Part shown: positions 30,378 through 40,178 of the stretch, piece by piece
Layout of the letters: each line of letters opens with the position of its first letter
Numbering within the stretch: the first letter of the stretch is position 1
Source of the DNA: an uncultured delta proteobacterium
GTDB taxonomy: Bacteria; Desulfobacterota; BSN033; UBA1163
Assembly: GCA_963708295.1 (NCBI GenBank)
Contig: CAVPSJ010000004.1
Coordinates: forward strand, 448,001-512,000
Length of the DNA stretch: 64,000 bases
Reading direction: 5' to 3'
The notes under the pieces: generated by a model
What the model was told of the DNA's origin: nothing
What the model saw: only the letters and a program-made list of their open reading frames with translations
The model's database searches: none
Made by a program: the position numbers and the translations under genes

Positions 30378-33300
30378 ATGCCCAAAAAGAATCTGCATCG
30401 TGAATACAGCCGCCTTGCTGGGTTTCTAAGGAGTATTTCGCTTCGCCTTCAACTCCTTGTCGCCCTGCAATTCCTTCTTTTACTGTCCTCCCTCATTCTT
30501 CTTATCCTTCTTGGAAGTCTCGTTGTTTTAGAAATGAAGGGAGTATTCCCCTATCTCCCCATCTTCTACTCTGCCATCGTCACCTTCTCTCTTGGTATTC
30601 TTTTCTTTGTTGGACTTTGGCGGATCCTCTCCTGGCCATCCGTGAAACGAGTAGCCAGGGGGCTGGAGGAGAAGTTTCCTAAATTAAAGGATGATGTGAC
30701 GAATTCCCTGCTCCTCTTTGATCAACTAAATAACGGCAGAGGTTCGAACCCGGTTTCGAAAGGGTTGATGACAGCCCATCTGAAAAAAACAGTTGAAGAA
30801 ATTTCTTCCATCCATCCCCGTCAGGTTGTCAACCTGAGAAAAGCACTCACGCCCCTCAGGATTCTATTACCTTTGATGGGTACCTGTTTGGTGATTCTTG
30901 CAATCGACCCCACCTTCTTGAGCCGATCTTTCGGCCTGATCATCCATCCTTTTTCAAACATGCCAGATCAGAAGAGCTTCATCTCTGTTGAACCGAAGGG
31001 GTCGGTGGTGTTACGCGGCTCTCCCCTTGCGATCAAGGCTTTTGTCACGGGACATATTCCCAAAAGCCTGGCTTTGGCTATCTGGCCTGAGGAAGGGGAA
31101 GTTAAACGCATGACGATGAATCCAGAAGGAAATGGACAGTTTGCTTATCAGATGCCATCGACTCAGCTCTCCTTTCGTTTCCGAGCCTATCATGGTGTTA
31201 ACACCTCTCCCATTTATGACGTTCGCGTTGTCGATCCTCCTGACATTGGAAAGATAAGACTCACCCTGATTCCGCCCGACTACACCGGTCTTCCCAACGA
31301 AGTGAAGGAGGACGGACTGATTGAAGCCCTGAAGGGAACGGTCGTCAATTTTGAGATTCGGACCACAAAGCAAGTCAGAGAGGGAAAGATCCTATTGAGT
31401 CAAAACAACCAGCTTCTCCTGAAGGCTGATGGAGATCGGCTGACGGGAAGTCTTCTGGTCTTTTATCCCGGCCTCTATTCCATCCATTTAAAGGATGATC
31501 TCGGTTTCGAGAACCCCAACCCCGTTCAATACCCGATCCGCGTCGTTTTTGATAGATATCCTGAGGGCGAGATCATGAGCCCGGATCATGATCTCGAGAT
31601 CTCGGGAAATGAAATTCTCCCCGTTCAGTATACGGTGAAGGATGACTTTGGGATCACAGCGGTGAGATTGAATTATCAGATGGGAGCAAAGGAATATTCT
31701 GTCAATCTCAAGAATCCGAATCAAGGTCGGCTCATCGGTCCGGAGATATTCAAATGGGATCTGAGCAGCTTGGATCTGACCCCTGGAGAAAAGGTCCTAT
31801 TTCGTCTCGAGGTTTGGGACAATGATTCAATCTCTGGTCCGAAGAAAGGGACTTCGCGAACATTGATCTTATCGGTCAGAGATGAAAGGGCACGGGCAGC
31901 CAAGGAAGGAGAGGAAGCCCGCCAGATCGCGGAAGCCCTTTTGGATCTTCTGGCGGATCAATTGGAAGACAGCAAAGAGAAAGATCGAATGACGCAGGAG
32001 ATCGAGGGGATTTTGAAACGAGTCGATGAGAATCTGGAGAAGATGGATCAGAGAGGAGAACGCTTTGACTTCGAAGCCTTGAAGCGGAATCTTGCCTCCC
32101 TGAAGGAAAGACTCCCTCAGGAGCCTAAGGAAACCATTACCCAGGAAATGGAACGATTGGCCCTCCTCGCAGAAGAGATTTCGAAGAAGGCCAAGATGAA
32201 TGAAGTGGAGGCCATGGCCCGGGAGATTAAGAGCCGGCAGAACCGTCTGATGGACTTTCTGAAGGAGTTTAAAGGTCCTCTGAACCGGGAAGAGCTGGAG
32301 GACATCACAAAGGAGCTGAAGGCCCTCGAAGAGCTAATCCGATCGGTGATGGAGGCCCTCGCCAAATTGGCCCCTGAACTCCCTGAGGAATTTGTCAATC
32401 TCCCGGAGTTCCAAGGCTTTGAATTTCAGGATCTCTTAAAAGATCTAGAGGAAGTTCACAAAAAACTGATGGCCGGAGACTTCAAAGGAGCCCTGGAAAC
32501 AGCCCAGAGACTTATTCAAGCTCTGTCTGAAATGATGGCTCAACTGGGGAGAATGGGAAGACAGACAGGGATGGGTTCTTTCGAAAGACTTCAGGGAGAG
32601 ATGGCTCGCCAGGCTGGAGAGCTGGATAAGATATTGACTGAACAGAAGGAGATATTGAATGAAACGGAGAAGATCGACAGGGACTTGAAATGGAAGATTG
32701 AAAAGGAGATTGAAAAGAGGTTGGATCGATCCCTTTCGCATCTGAATGAAATTCTCGATGAACTCCATCATTCTCCGACAGAGGAACAGAAAGACTTGAT
32801 TGAGGAGTTGGAGAGGCTTTTAAAAACCGGCAATCTGGAAAGATTCTCCCAATTAGGAGAAGGATTGGAGAAAGCGTTTTCTGAGAAACCCGATGATCAA
32901 AAGGGGATCAGAGAATTGATCGAGATCATGAAGCGTTTGGCACCCCAACAAGACGAAATCATGACTCTAGAACAGAAGGAGAAATTTCCGGACCTCTCAA
33001 AGAGGGAGGTGAATCTGAGAGAAAGGACAGATCGTTTAAGAGAAAAACTGGAGATATTCGCCCAACTCTTTCCGGGCATGGATACGGGGGTTCTCAATGA
33101 CTTTAAGGGAGCCGCGGGGGACATGGGAGAGGCCTCAGGAAAGTTGGGAAAGGAAGATGCTCCTTCTGCCATCCCTCCAGAACAAGAGGCGATCAGGAAG
33201 TTGACCCGCTCTCAACAAGCCATGCAGCAGATGGCTCAGCAGATGGCCCAACAGATGGCCATGCGGATGCAAGCCAACCAATGGGGTTATCAATGGTGGG

Positions 33301-33551
33301 GATACGATCCGAGGCCGGGTTGGTATTACGGCCCTTGGCTCCCCATGCCCACCCGACCCCAACCCCAGTTTAACCGTCCCTTGGAGAGAGGCTACACGGG
33401 CATTGACCGGGAAGAATTCGAGCCTCCGTCGAAGGATGCCTATCAGGTTCCTAAGATCTTCAGAGAAAAGATCATGGAATCTTTGAAAGAGGGAATTCCT
33501 CCTCAATACAAGAGAGACGTGGAAAAATACTTCAGAGGTTTGACGGAATGA
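30378..33551 (+). CDS. DUF4175-like large membrane/coiled-coil protein
   Basis: N-terminal TMs, PPDYTGLP, DDFGITAVRL, WDNDSISGPK, long coiled coil, and C-terminal PPQYKRDVEKYFRGL. Confidence 0.8.
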   Translation: MPKKNLHREYSRLAGFLRSISLRLQLLVALQFLLLLSSLILLILLGSLVVLEMKGVFPYLPIFYSAIVTFSLGILFFVGLWRILSWPSVKRVARGLEEKFPKLKDDVTNSLLLFDQLNNGRGSNPVSKGLMTAHLKKTVEEISSIHPRQVVNLRKALTPLRILLPLMGTCLVILAIDPTFLSRSFGLIIHPFSNMPDQKSFISVEPKGSVVLRGSPLAIKAFVTGHIPKSLALAIWPEEGEVKRMTMNPEGNGQFAYQMPSTQLSFRFRAYHGVNTSPIYDVRVVDPPDIGKIRLTLIPPDYTGLPNEVKEDGLIEALKGTVVNFEIRTTKQVREGKILLSQNNQLLLKADGDRLTGSLLVFYPGLYSIHLKDDLGFENPNPVQYPIRVVFDRYPEGEIMSPDHDLEISGNEILPVQYTVKDDFGITAVRLNYQMGAKEYSVNLKNPNQGRLIGPEIFKWDLSSLDLTPGEKVLFRLEVWDNDSISGPKKGTSRTLILSVRDERARAAKEGEEARQIAEALLDLLADQLEDSKEKDRMTQEIEGILKRVDENLEKMDQRGERFDFEALKRNLASLKERLPQEPKETITQEMERLALLAEEISKKAKMNEVEAMAREIKSRQNRLMDFLKEFKGPLNREELEDITKELKALEELIRSVMEALAKLAPELPEEFVNLPEFQGFEFQDLLKDLEEVHKKLMAGDFKGALETAQRLIQALSEMMAQLGRMGRQTGMGSFERLQGEMARQAGELDKILTEQKEILNETEKIDRDLKWKIEKEIEKRLDRSLSHLNEILDELHHSPTEEQKDLIEELERLLKTGNLERFSQLGEGLEKAFSEKPDDQKGIRELIEIMKRLAPQQDEIMTLEQKEKFPDLSKREVNLRERTDRLREKLEIFAQLFPGMDTGVLNDFKGAAGDMGEASGKLGKEDAPSAIPPEQEAIRKLTRSQQAMQQMAQQMAQQMAMRMQANQWGYQWWGYDPRPGWYYGPWLPMPTRPQPQFNRPLERGYTGIDREEFEPPSKDAYQVPKIFREKIMESLKEGIPPQYKRDVEKYFRGLTE

Positions 33552-35110
33552 GACAAATAGCCATTGTTCTTATCTTCCTCGTTATCATCCTCCCCTCTGC
33601 CGGGAGGACCGCTTCCCAGGAGGCCATCGATTCTCTCACGGTAAAATTGGAGGTTGGGAAGTGTCGGATGCATGGGGAGACGTCAAACGTCTTCTTGGAG
33701 ATGAGCCTAATGATCCTAAGCTTCTGGAGCTCGCCTCATCCATTGCCTTTCACAAAGGCGACTACCCGGAGGCATCGAAGTTGATGAAACAGGCATTGGC
33801 GCAAGACGGGGAGGACGAGAAGAGAAAAGCTTTTGCCTCCTTCATTGAAGAGACCCTTGCCCTTGTTTCCTCATTTAAGAGAGTGGAGAGTTCCCATTTC
33901 GTCATCAGCCTGGATGAAAAACAAGACGGCATCTTGACGGATTACCTCATCGATTCCTTGGAGAAGACCTACCAGGTCATGGCGCAGCAATACGGCTTTC
34001 AGCCCCTGGAGAAGATTCGGATTGAAGTCTTTCCAAATGCGAAGGCCTTCTATTTGGTGACCACCCTGTCTGTCCGGGATATTGAAGTGACAGGAGCAGT
34101 TGGAATCGCCCAATTTAATAAACTAATGATGCTTTCCCCAAGGGCGCTGGTTCATGGTTACCGCTGGCTGGATGCTATCAGTCACGAATACATGCACTAT
34201 CTCATCTTCAAATTGACGAAAAATAAAGCCCCCATCTGGTTTCATGAAGGAATGGCAAAATATGAAGAGACGCGTTGGCGAAATGGTCCTTCCTATCTTT
34301 CCTCCTTCTATCAAACGCTGCTGGCCCGAGCCCTATCGGAAGGCAAGCTCATTCGTTTTGACCAGATGGAGCCTTCCCTCGTCAGACTTGAGAATCCAGA
34401 GGATGTTCAGCTTGCCTATGCAGAGGCTGCATCTGCCATCGAATTTATCCTCATGAAGTCAGGATACGATGGGCTCCAAAAGGTGATGAATCAGATGGCC
34501 TCAACGAATCAAAAAGGAGCGGGAAAGGCCATCCAGGAGGTCCTGGGCCTTCCTTTCTCCGAATTTGAAGAGACCTGGAAGGGATTCTTATCTTCCAAGG
34601 GATATCAGGAGATCGCCGGAGTCCATGGACATCGATATAAGATCAAGGAAGGAAAGTACGACGAGGAGCGGATGGACACGGAGGAGATGAAATCCCTCGT
34701 CGCAAAGAATAAGGCTCATCTCGGAGACCTGCTCAAGGAGAGGGGAAGGATGGAGGCCGCTGTTTTAGAGTATCGACGGGCTTTGGAGGAATCCCGTGAT
34801 TCCGTAACGATCATGAAGAAACTTTCCTCTGCCCTCACGACGATGGCCAGATATGAAGAGGCCCTTGAGCTTCTGAGGCGAGCCAAGGATATCTCTTCTG
34901 ATCATCCCAGCATCTTCACGGCTCTGGGTCAAACTTATTTAAAGCTGAAGCGGATGAAAGAGGCGAGAGACTCTTTTCGGGAGGCGATTCAAATCAATCC
35001 CTTTGATCCCGAAGCCCATATGGGTCTGGCCACAGCCTGATGAGGCGATTGGAGAAAGGACCTCAGCTTCTAAAGAGAGGGAGATTGCCAATAAGCTTAT
35101 TCAGCGATGA
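33548..35110 (+). CDS. Secreted TPR protein with peptidase MA-like (HExxH) domain, frameshifted at both ends
   Basis: Signal peptide in the 33548 frame; HEYMH and PIWFHEGMAKYEE zincin motifs plus TPRs in the 33661 frame; tail continues to TGA at 35110. Confidence 0.8.
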
Positions 35111-35162
35111 AATATTTAGGTTCATTCTCGGATGAATGGGAGTAAAGAGGGTAGCGCAGTAT

Positions 35163-35296
35163 AATCTCGAAGCACGAAATCCGAAATTCGAAACAAGCAC
35201 GAATGTTCAAAATACAAATGACCCAAACAAATGGAAAGTGTTTTGAAATTTGAATTTTGGATTTGTTTCGGATTTCGATATTCGTATTTCGGATTG
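35163..35296. repeat. Heptamer-based inverted-repeat element
   Basis: CGAAGCA CGAAATC CGAAATT CGAAAC ... GTTTCG GATTTCG ATATTCG TATTTCG. Confidence 0.7.
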
Positions 35297-35328
35297 GATG
35301 ATTTCATAGGGATGAAGAAAGGAGATAA

Positions 35329-36343
35329 ATGGAAGCAATAAGAGACTATCAAGCGCCGGATGAAGACTTGGCACAGGTGGAGGAGATGTGCCGAACGAAG
35401 GCCGAGATCACGGCGGAGATTAAGAAGGTAATCGTGGGGCAGGAGAAGGTGATCGAGGAGATCCTGATCGCCCTTTTCTGCAGAGGCCATAGCCTCCTGG
35501 TGGGCGTACCGGGGCTTGCCAAGACATTGCTCATTTCAACCTTGGCTGGCATCATGGAGCTTGAAATTCAATCGTGTCCAATTCACTCCGGATTTGATGC
35601 CCTCGGACATCACAGGGACAGATATCTTGGAGGAGGAAGCGGGAAGCAAGAAACGCTCTTACCGATTTCTAAAGGGACCCATCTTTACCAATATTCTGTT
35701 GGCCGATGAGATCAATCGAACTCCCCCCAAGACTCAAGCGGCCCTCCTCCAGGCAATGCAGGAGTATCAAGTAACAGCAGGAGGGATGACCTATGCCCTT
35801 GATCTTCCCTTCTTCGTCCTGGCCACTCAGAATCCCATCGAGCAGGAGGGAACCTATCCACTGCCGGAGGCTCAACTGGACAGGTTCATGTTCAATATCG
35901 GGATGGATTATCCCCCCTTCACGGAGGAGGTCGAGATCGTCGCAACGACAACGACCTCCTATCAACCGGTATTGGACAAGGTGATCAATGGTGAAAAGAT
36001 ATTACAGATGCAGGACCTGGTGCGAAGGGTTCCAGCTTCTTCCCATGTAATCGAGTATGCCGTGAGATTGCTCCGTTCGTCGCGACCAGGAGAACCCGAG
36101 GCCCTTCCCTTTGTGAAAGAATGGGTGGAGTGGGGGGCTGGACCCCGGGCCTCCCAACACCTGATACTGGCTGCGAAAGCAAAGGCGATCATGCGGGGTG
36201 CTTATGTGGCCTCTGTGGAGGATGTGAAGGCGGTGATCCAATCGATTTTGAGACATCGGATTATCGTCAACTTCAAGGCCCAGGCAGAAGGAATTCATCC
36301 CCTCGACATCATCCGGCGCCTTTTAGAAGAGGTGAAGCCTTGA
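35329..36343 (+). CDS. moxR: MoxR family AAA+ ATPase, frameshift near 35560
   Basis: [75 protein letters not shown]. Confidence 0.92.
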
Positions 36344-37221
36344 ACTATTTTGATCCGAAGGTTCTGAGCCAGCTAAAGAATCTTTTTCTAAGAGCCCGCC
36401 ATGTGGTGGATGGGGTGATGGTTGGGATTCATCCCTCCCGTTCAAAAGGCTTCACTTCTGAATTTGAGGGGCACCGGGAGTATTCTCAGAGCGATGATAT
36501 TCGCCATATCGATTGGAAGGCGTATGGGAGGTTTGACCGGTACTTCATCAAGGAATACCGGGAGACGACCAATCTAAGGGCCTTCATCCTTCTCGATGCC
36601 AGTGCTTCGATGGGGTACGGCTCTGATGGATGGAGCAAATTCGACTATGCCTCCACCCTGGCGGCCTCTTTAGCCTACCTGATGTTGAGACAGCAGGATT
36701 CGGTCGGCCTGATCACTTTTTCAAATCGGATCGAAGGAACGGTCCCTCCTAAAGCCACCTCCGGACACCTCTTTGCCATTCTAAAAGAGTTGGAAGACGA
36801 AAAACCACGAGGGGAGACCTCTGCCGGTTCGATTCTCCAAGAATTGGCGGGATCCCTAAAAAGAAAGGGTCTCCTTCTTCTCATCTCCGACCTCTTGGAT
36901 AAACCTGAAGATGTGATCAGGGGTTTGAAGCAGCTTCGCTCAAAAGGAAATGACCTATTGGTCTTCCACGTTCTTGATAGAGATGAACTCGAATTTCCCT
37001 TTAAGGACCCGACGCTCTTTCTCGATATGGAGGAGGAGATCAAATTGTTGACCGACCCCGATGCGATCAGGTCGGCTTATCTTAAGGCGATTCATACATT
37101 GATAGAGAACTATCGAGAGTCCTGTGCCCAAAATCTAATGGATTATTCCCTATTGGACACGTCGATTGGGCTAGATCGGGCGTTGGTGCGCTACTTGAAA
37201 TGGAGGGAGAAGTTTAGGTAA
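36340..37221 (+). CDS. DUF58 (vWA-like) protein
   Basis: [53 protein letters not shown] start overlaps the moxR stop. Confidence 0.92.
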   Translation: MNYFDPKVLSQLKNLFLRARHVVDGVMVGIHPSRSKGFTSEFEGHREYSQSDDIRHIDWKAYGRFDRYFIKEYRETTNLRAFILLDASASMGYGSDGWSKFDYASTLAASLAYLMLRQQDSVGLITFSNRIEGTVPPKATSGHLFAILKELEDEKPRGETSAGSILQELAGSLKRKGLLLLISDLLDKPEDVIRGLKQLRSKGNDLLVFHVLDRDELEFPFKDPTLFLDMEEEIKLLTDPDAIRSAYLKAIHTLIENYRESCAQNLMDYSLLDTSIGLDRALVRYLKWREKFR

Positions 37222-37224
37222 CCT

Positions 37225-37340
37225 CAATGACAAATGTTAAACTTGAAACCTCAAGACAAATCCAAATTTCAACTATCAGATTTTCAAAGCTTCCTTCAAT
37301 TGACATTTATTTGGCATTTGGATTTTAGCATTTGAAATTT
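37225..37340. repeat. Degenerate heptamer-based inverted-repeat element
   Basis: CAATGA CAAATGT...CAAATC CAAATTT ... GCATTTG GATTTTA GCATTTG AAATTT. Confidence 0.55.
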
Positions 37341-37351
37341 TTTCGTAACCC

Positions 37352-39349
37352 ATGGCCCTTTCATTCTTAAATCCTTTCTTCCTTTTTGGTTTGGCTGCTG
37401 CGGCCATTCCCATTCTGATCCACCGGCTGACCAAGCGGAAAGCCATGACTCGAAAATTCTCTGCTGTTCGTCTCCTGCTCGAATCCCAGCGAATGGTGAC
37501 GCGGCCTCAGAGGCTCAGGCATTTCTTTCTCCTCGCTCTCAGAATCGTGGCCATGATAAGCCTGGTCCTCCTCATGGCAAGACCTGTGCTCACGGAGCCT
37601 GGCATTCTGGTGCAAGAGGAGAAGGCAATGGCGATCATTCTCGATAACTCTCTCAGCATGGCGTACCGGGAAGACGGAGGAGAACGATATGATCTTGCCA
37701 AGAAGGCGGTGAAAGAGGTGATCGAGAGGTCTAACGGACAAGTCGCCATCCTTCCAACCGCGTCCTTCCCTACGAGTCGCTTCCGGCAGGAGCGTCAGAT
37801 CCGCTGGATGACGCGCGAAGAGGCTCTGAAGGAGTTATCCTCCATTCCCCTCTCTTATGGAAGAGGTGACCTCAAGGCTTGCCTTCACCTCGCCTATCAG
37901 AAGCTGAAAGAACTCAAGATGGGCAAGGAGATCTTCGTCGTCAGCGACCTGACCAGGGGAGATTGGGAAGGCCTCGCTTTAAATAAACTGGATGTTGTTC
38001 CCGCAGACGTGGGAATGACGCTCTTAAGGATCGGAGGTTCGGGAAGAGACCCTAATCTCACGGTGAAAGAAGCAAGATGGGTTGAAGAAGAGGCTGTCGT
38101 GGGTGTCCAGTCCCACCTGGAGGTGACGGTATCGAACTTATCCGATCGTTCTGGAACGGCACTTGTTCAACTCTTTCTTTCAGGGATCAAAGTGGATCAA
38201 AAATTGATCGACCTCAACGCCATGGGTGAAGGAAAAGTCTATTTTGAGCTTTCTCTCGATAAGAAAGGTTGGATCAATGGAGAGGTGAGGTTATCATCCA
38301 GAGACAATCTGTCTCTGGATGATAGTTTCTACCTTCCGCTGAAAGTTAGGGAAAAGATAAAAGTTCTCATCATCGACGGAGCTCCAAAGGCTTCGCTCAA
38401 AGAAAGCGAGAGCTACTATCTTCTCCATGCTCTTCGTCCGGACGATTCGGAAGAGTCGCCCTCTATCCCCCGGGTTATCTCAGAGGGAGAAGTCGCCAAG
38501 ACGGACACGAATCTCTATGAAGTGATCGTATGGATGAACGCGGCAAGGCTCCAGGGATCCCAGTTGGCGTCGCTCTTAGGATCGGGAAAACCCATCCTCC
38601 TCTTTCTCGGGGATCAGGTCGTCCCTGATGAATATAACCGGATCCCGCTCTTTCCCTGGAGGATTAGAGAGATGAATGTGGCACGGACCGGGAAACCGGA
38701 GCGGATTGTTCAAGTCGATGACCGCTTTGACTTTTTGAAACCCTTTTCCGGCCCGGGGGGGGAGAGCCTCAGAGCTGCTTCCTTTCACCGCTATTTTAAA
38801 GTGGAAGGAAGCATGAAAAGTCTTCTGATCTTTGGGAATCAAGATCCCCTTCTTGTCGAGTCGGAGATCGGAAAGAGTAAGATTCTTTTGTTCACCTCGA
38901 GTGGTGATCTGGACTGGAATGACCTCCCTTTGAAGGCCGCCTACCTTCCTTTAATTCAGGGGATGATGAGGGAAGCCATCGGTACTTTTAGAGATTCGAT
39001 CCCGTCCACGATTCGATTCGGTGAGCCCTTTGGGGAGAAAACACCGGCTACCCAGATTGCCGGACCTGAAGGAGGGCCTGGGATCTATCAATTCTTTCCC
39101 TCTCCCGGAGAGGTGAGACAGGGGGTGAACACCCCTTTTGAAGAATCGGATTTAGGGAAACTGACGGAGGAAGAGGTCAGAAAGAAGTTTGGGAAAAAGG
39201 ATATCAACATTGTGGAATATAAGGAGGGGGGGTCCGGCAATCTTCAAACAAACCGGAAAGAGATTTGGCCCTTTCTCCTTGCTTTCCTATTAATGGTCCT
39301 TGGTGTTGAGACGGTGGTGGCCAATGGAGTTCCGAGGGGAAGGGAATAA
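37352..39349 (+). CDS. BatA-domain and vWA-containing membrane protein
   Basis: FLNPFFLFGLAAAAIPILIHRL, LLALRI..ARP, MIDAS DNSLSM, VVSD, SDLxxL, and a C-terminal TM. Confidence 0.88.
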   Translation: MALSFLNPFFLFGLAAAAIPILIHRLTKRKAMTRKFSAVRLLLESQRMVTRPQRLRHFFLLALRIVAMISLVLLMARPVLTEPGILVQEEKAMAIILDNSLSMAYREDGGERYDLAKKAVKEVIERSNGQVAILPTASFPTSRFRQERQIRWMTREEALKELSSIPLSYGRGDLKACLHLAYQKLKELKMGKEIFVVSDLTRGDWEGLALNKLDVVPADVGMTLLRIGGSGRDPNLTVKEARWVEEEAVVGVQSHLEVTVSNLSDRSGTALVQLFLSGIKVDQKLIDLNAMGEGKVYFELSLDKKGWINGEVRLSSRDNLSLDDSFYLPLKVREKIKVLIIDGAPKASLKESESYYLLHALRPDDSEESPSIPRVISEGEVAKTDTNLYEVIVWMNAARLQGSQLASLLGSGKPILLFLGDQVVPDEYNRIPLFPWRIREMNVARTGKPERIVQVDDRFDFLKPFSGPGGESLRAASFHRYFKVEGSMKSLLIFGNQDPLLVESEIGKSKILLFTSSGDLDWNDLPLKAAYLPLIQGMMREAIGTFRDSIPSTIRFGEPFGEKTPATQIAGPEGGPGIYQFFPSPGEVRQGVNTPFEESDLGKLTEEEVRKKFGKKDINIVEYKEGGSGNLQTNRKEIWPFLLAFLLMVLGVETVVANGVPRGRE

Positions 39350-40178
39350 CGGTTTATCGAAGGTTGCTGTGAGAAGCAATCCGCAAGAGAAGAGCAACAT
39401 TTCCCGGAGAAGATTCATTTCTCTAAGCTTGGGACTTGCGGCTGGAGTTTTATTTCCAAGCTTTAAATTTCCTCTGTCCGCTTCTGGGAATCGAGTCGCA
39501 CCGACTTTCCCTCAATTTTTTTTCGCCCAGATTAAATATCAAGGTGGACAGTGGGATCCCAATCCCCAGTTTTTGGATTCTCTCATGGAGGAGTTGGAGC
39601 TAAGGACGAGTATCCGTGGGATGAAAGAACGGCGCCTGATCACCCTTTCTGATCCTGATCTCTTCTTCTGCCCTCTTCTTTATATGGCAGGGAAAGACGA
39701 GTTTGATCCTTTTACTCCTAAAGAAAGGGAGATCTTAGGGCGATTTCTGACCTACGGAGGGTTTCTACTTGCTGACGATACCATGGGAGCCAAAGGGTTT
39801 GGGTTTGATAAGTCCTTCCGGAGGGAGATGAACCAGATTTTTCCGGGACAGGACCTGAAAAGGCTTCCGTCCGACCATTCTGTTTATCGTAGCTTCTATT
39901 TGATAGAGACCCTTGGGGGACGCCAGAAGGTGAACCCTTATTTGGAAGGCATCACCCTCGATCAATGGACCCCGGTCATCTACTCTCAAAATGATCTCTC
40001 AGGAGCCTGGGCGAGGGATCGGTTCGGAAAATGGATTCATCCGTGTGTTCCCGGAGGCGAACCTCAAAGAGCTTCCGCCTTTAAGGCGGGTATCAATATC
40101 ATCGTCTACTCCCTGGCTTCGGACTACAAAAAGGACCTGGTCCATCATCCTTTTATCAAGAGGCGGCTCAATTTATGA
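39324..40178 (+). CDS. DUF4159 family protein with twin-arginine signal
   Basis: ISRRRFISL Tat-like motif, PLLYMAG, GGFLLADD, HSVYRSFY, VIYSQNDLSGAW, GINIIVY. Confidence 0.82.
   Translation: MEFRGEGNNGLSKVAVRSNPQEKSNISRRRFISLSLGLAAGVLFPSFKFPLSASGNRVAPTFPQFFFAQIKYQGGQWDPNPQFLDSLMEELELRTSIRGMKERRLITLSDPDLFFCPLLYMAGKDEFDPFTPKEREILGRFLTYGGFLLADDTMGAKGFGFDKSFRREMNQIFPGQDLKRLPSDHSVYRSFYLIETLGGRQKVNPYLEGITLDQWTPVIYSQNDLSGAWARDRFGKWIHPCVPGGEPQRASAFKAGINIIVYSLASDYKKDLVHHPFIKRRLNL

Noticed and set aside
35038-35043. In-frame TGA TGA in the TPR peptidase as selenocysteine or readthrough
   Set aside because: The TPR sequence resumes in a shifted frame, so a one-base insertion explains it.
35163-35296. 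Possible CRISPR array in the short periodic repeats
   Set aside because: The units are 7 nt, degenerate and lack unique spacers; no cas genes are present.
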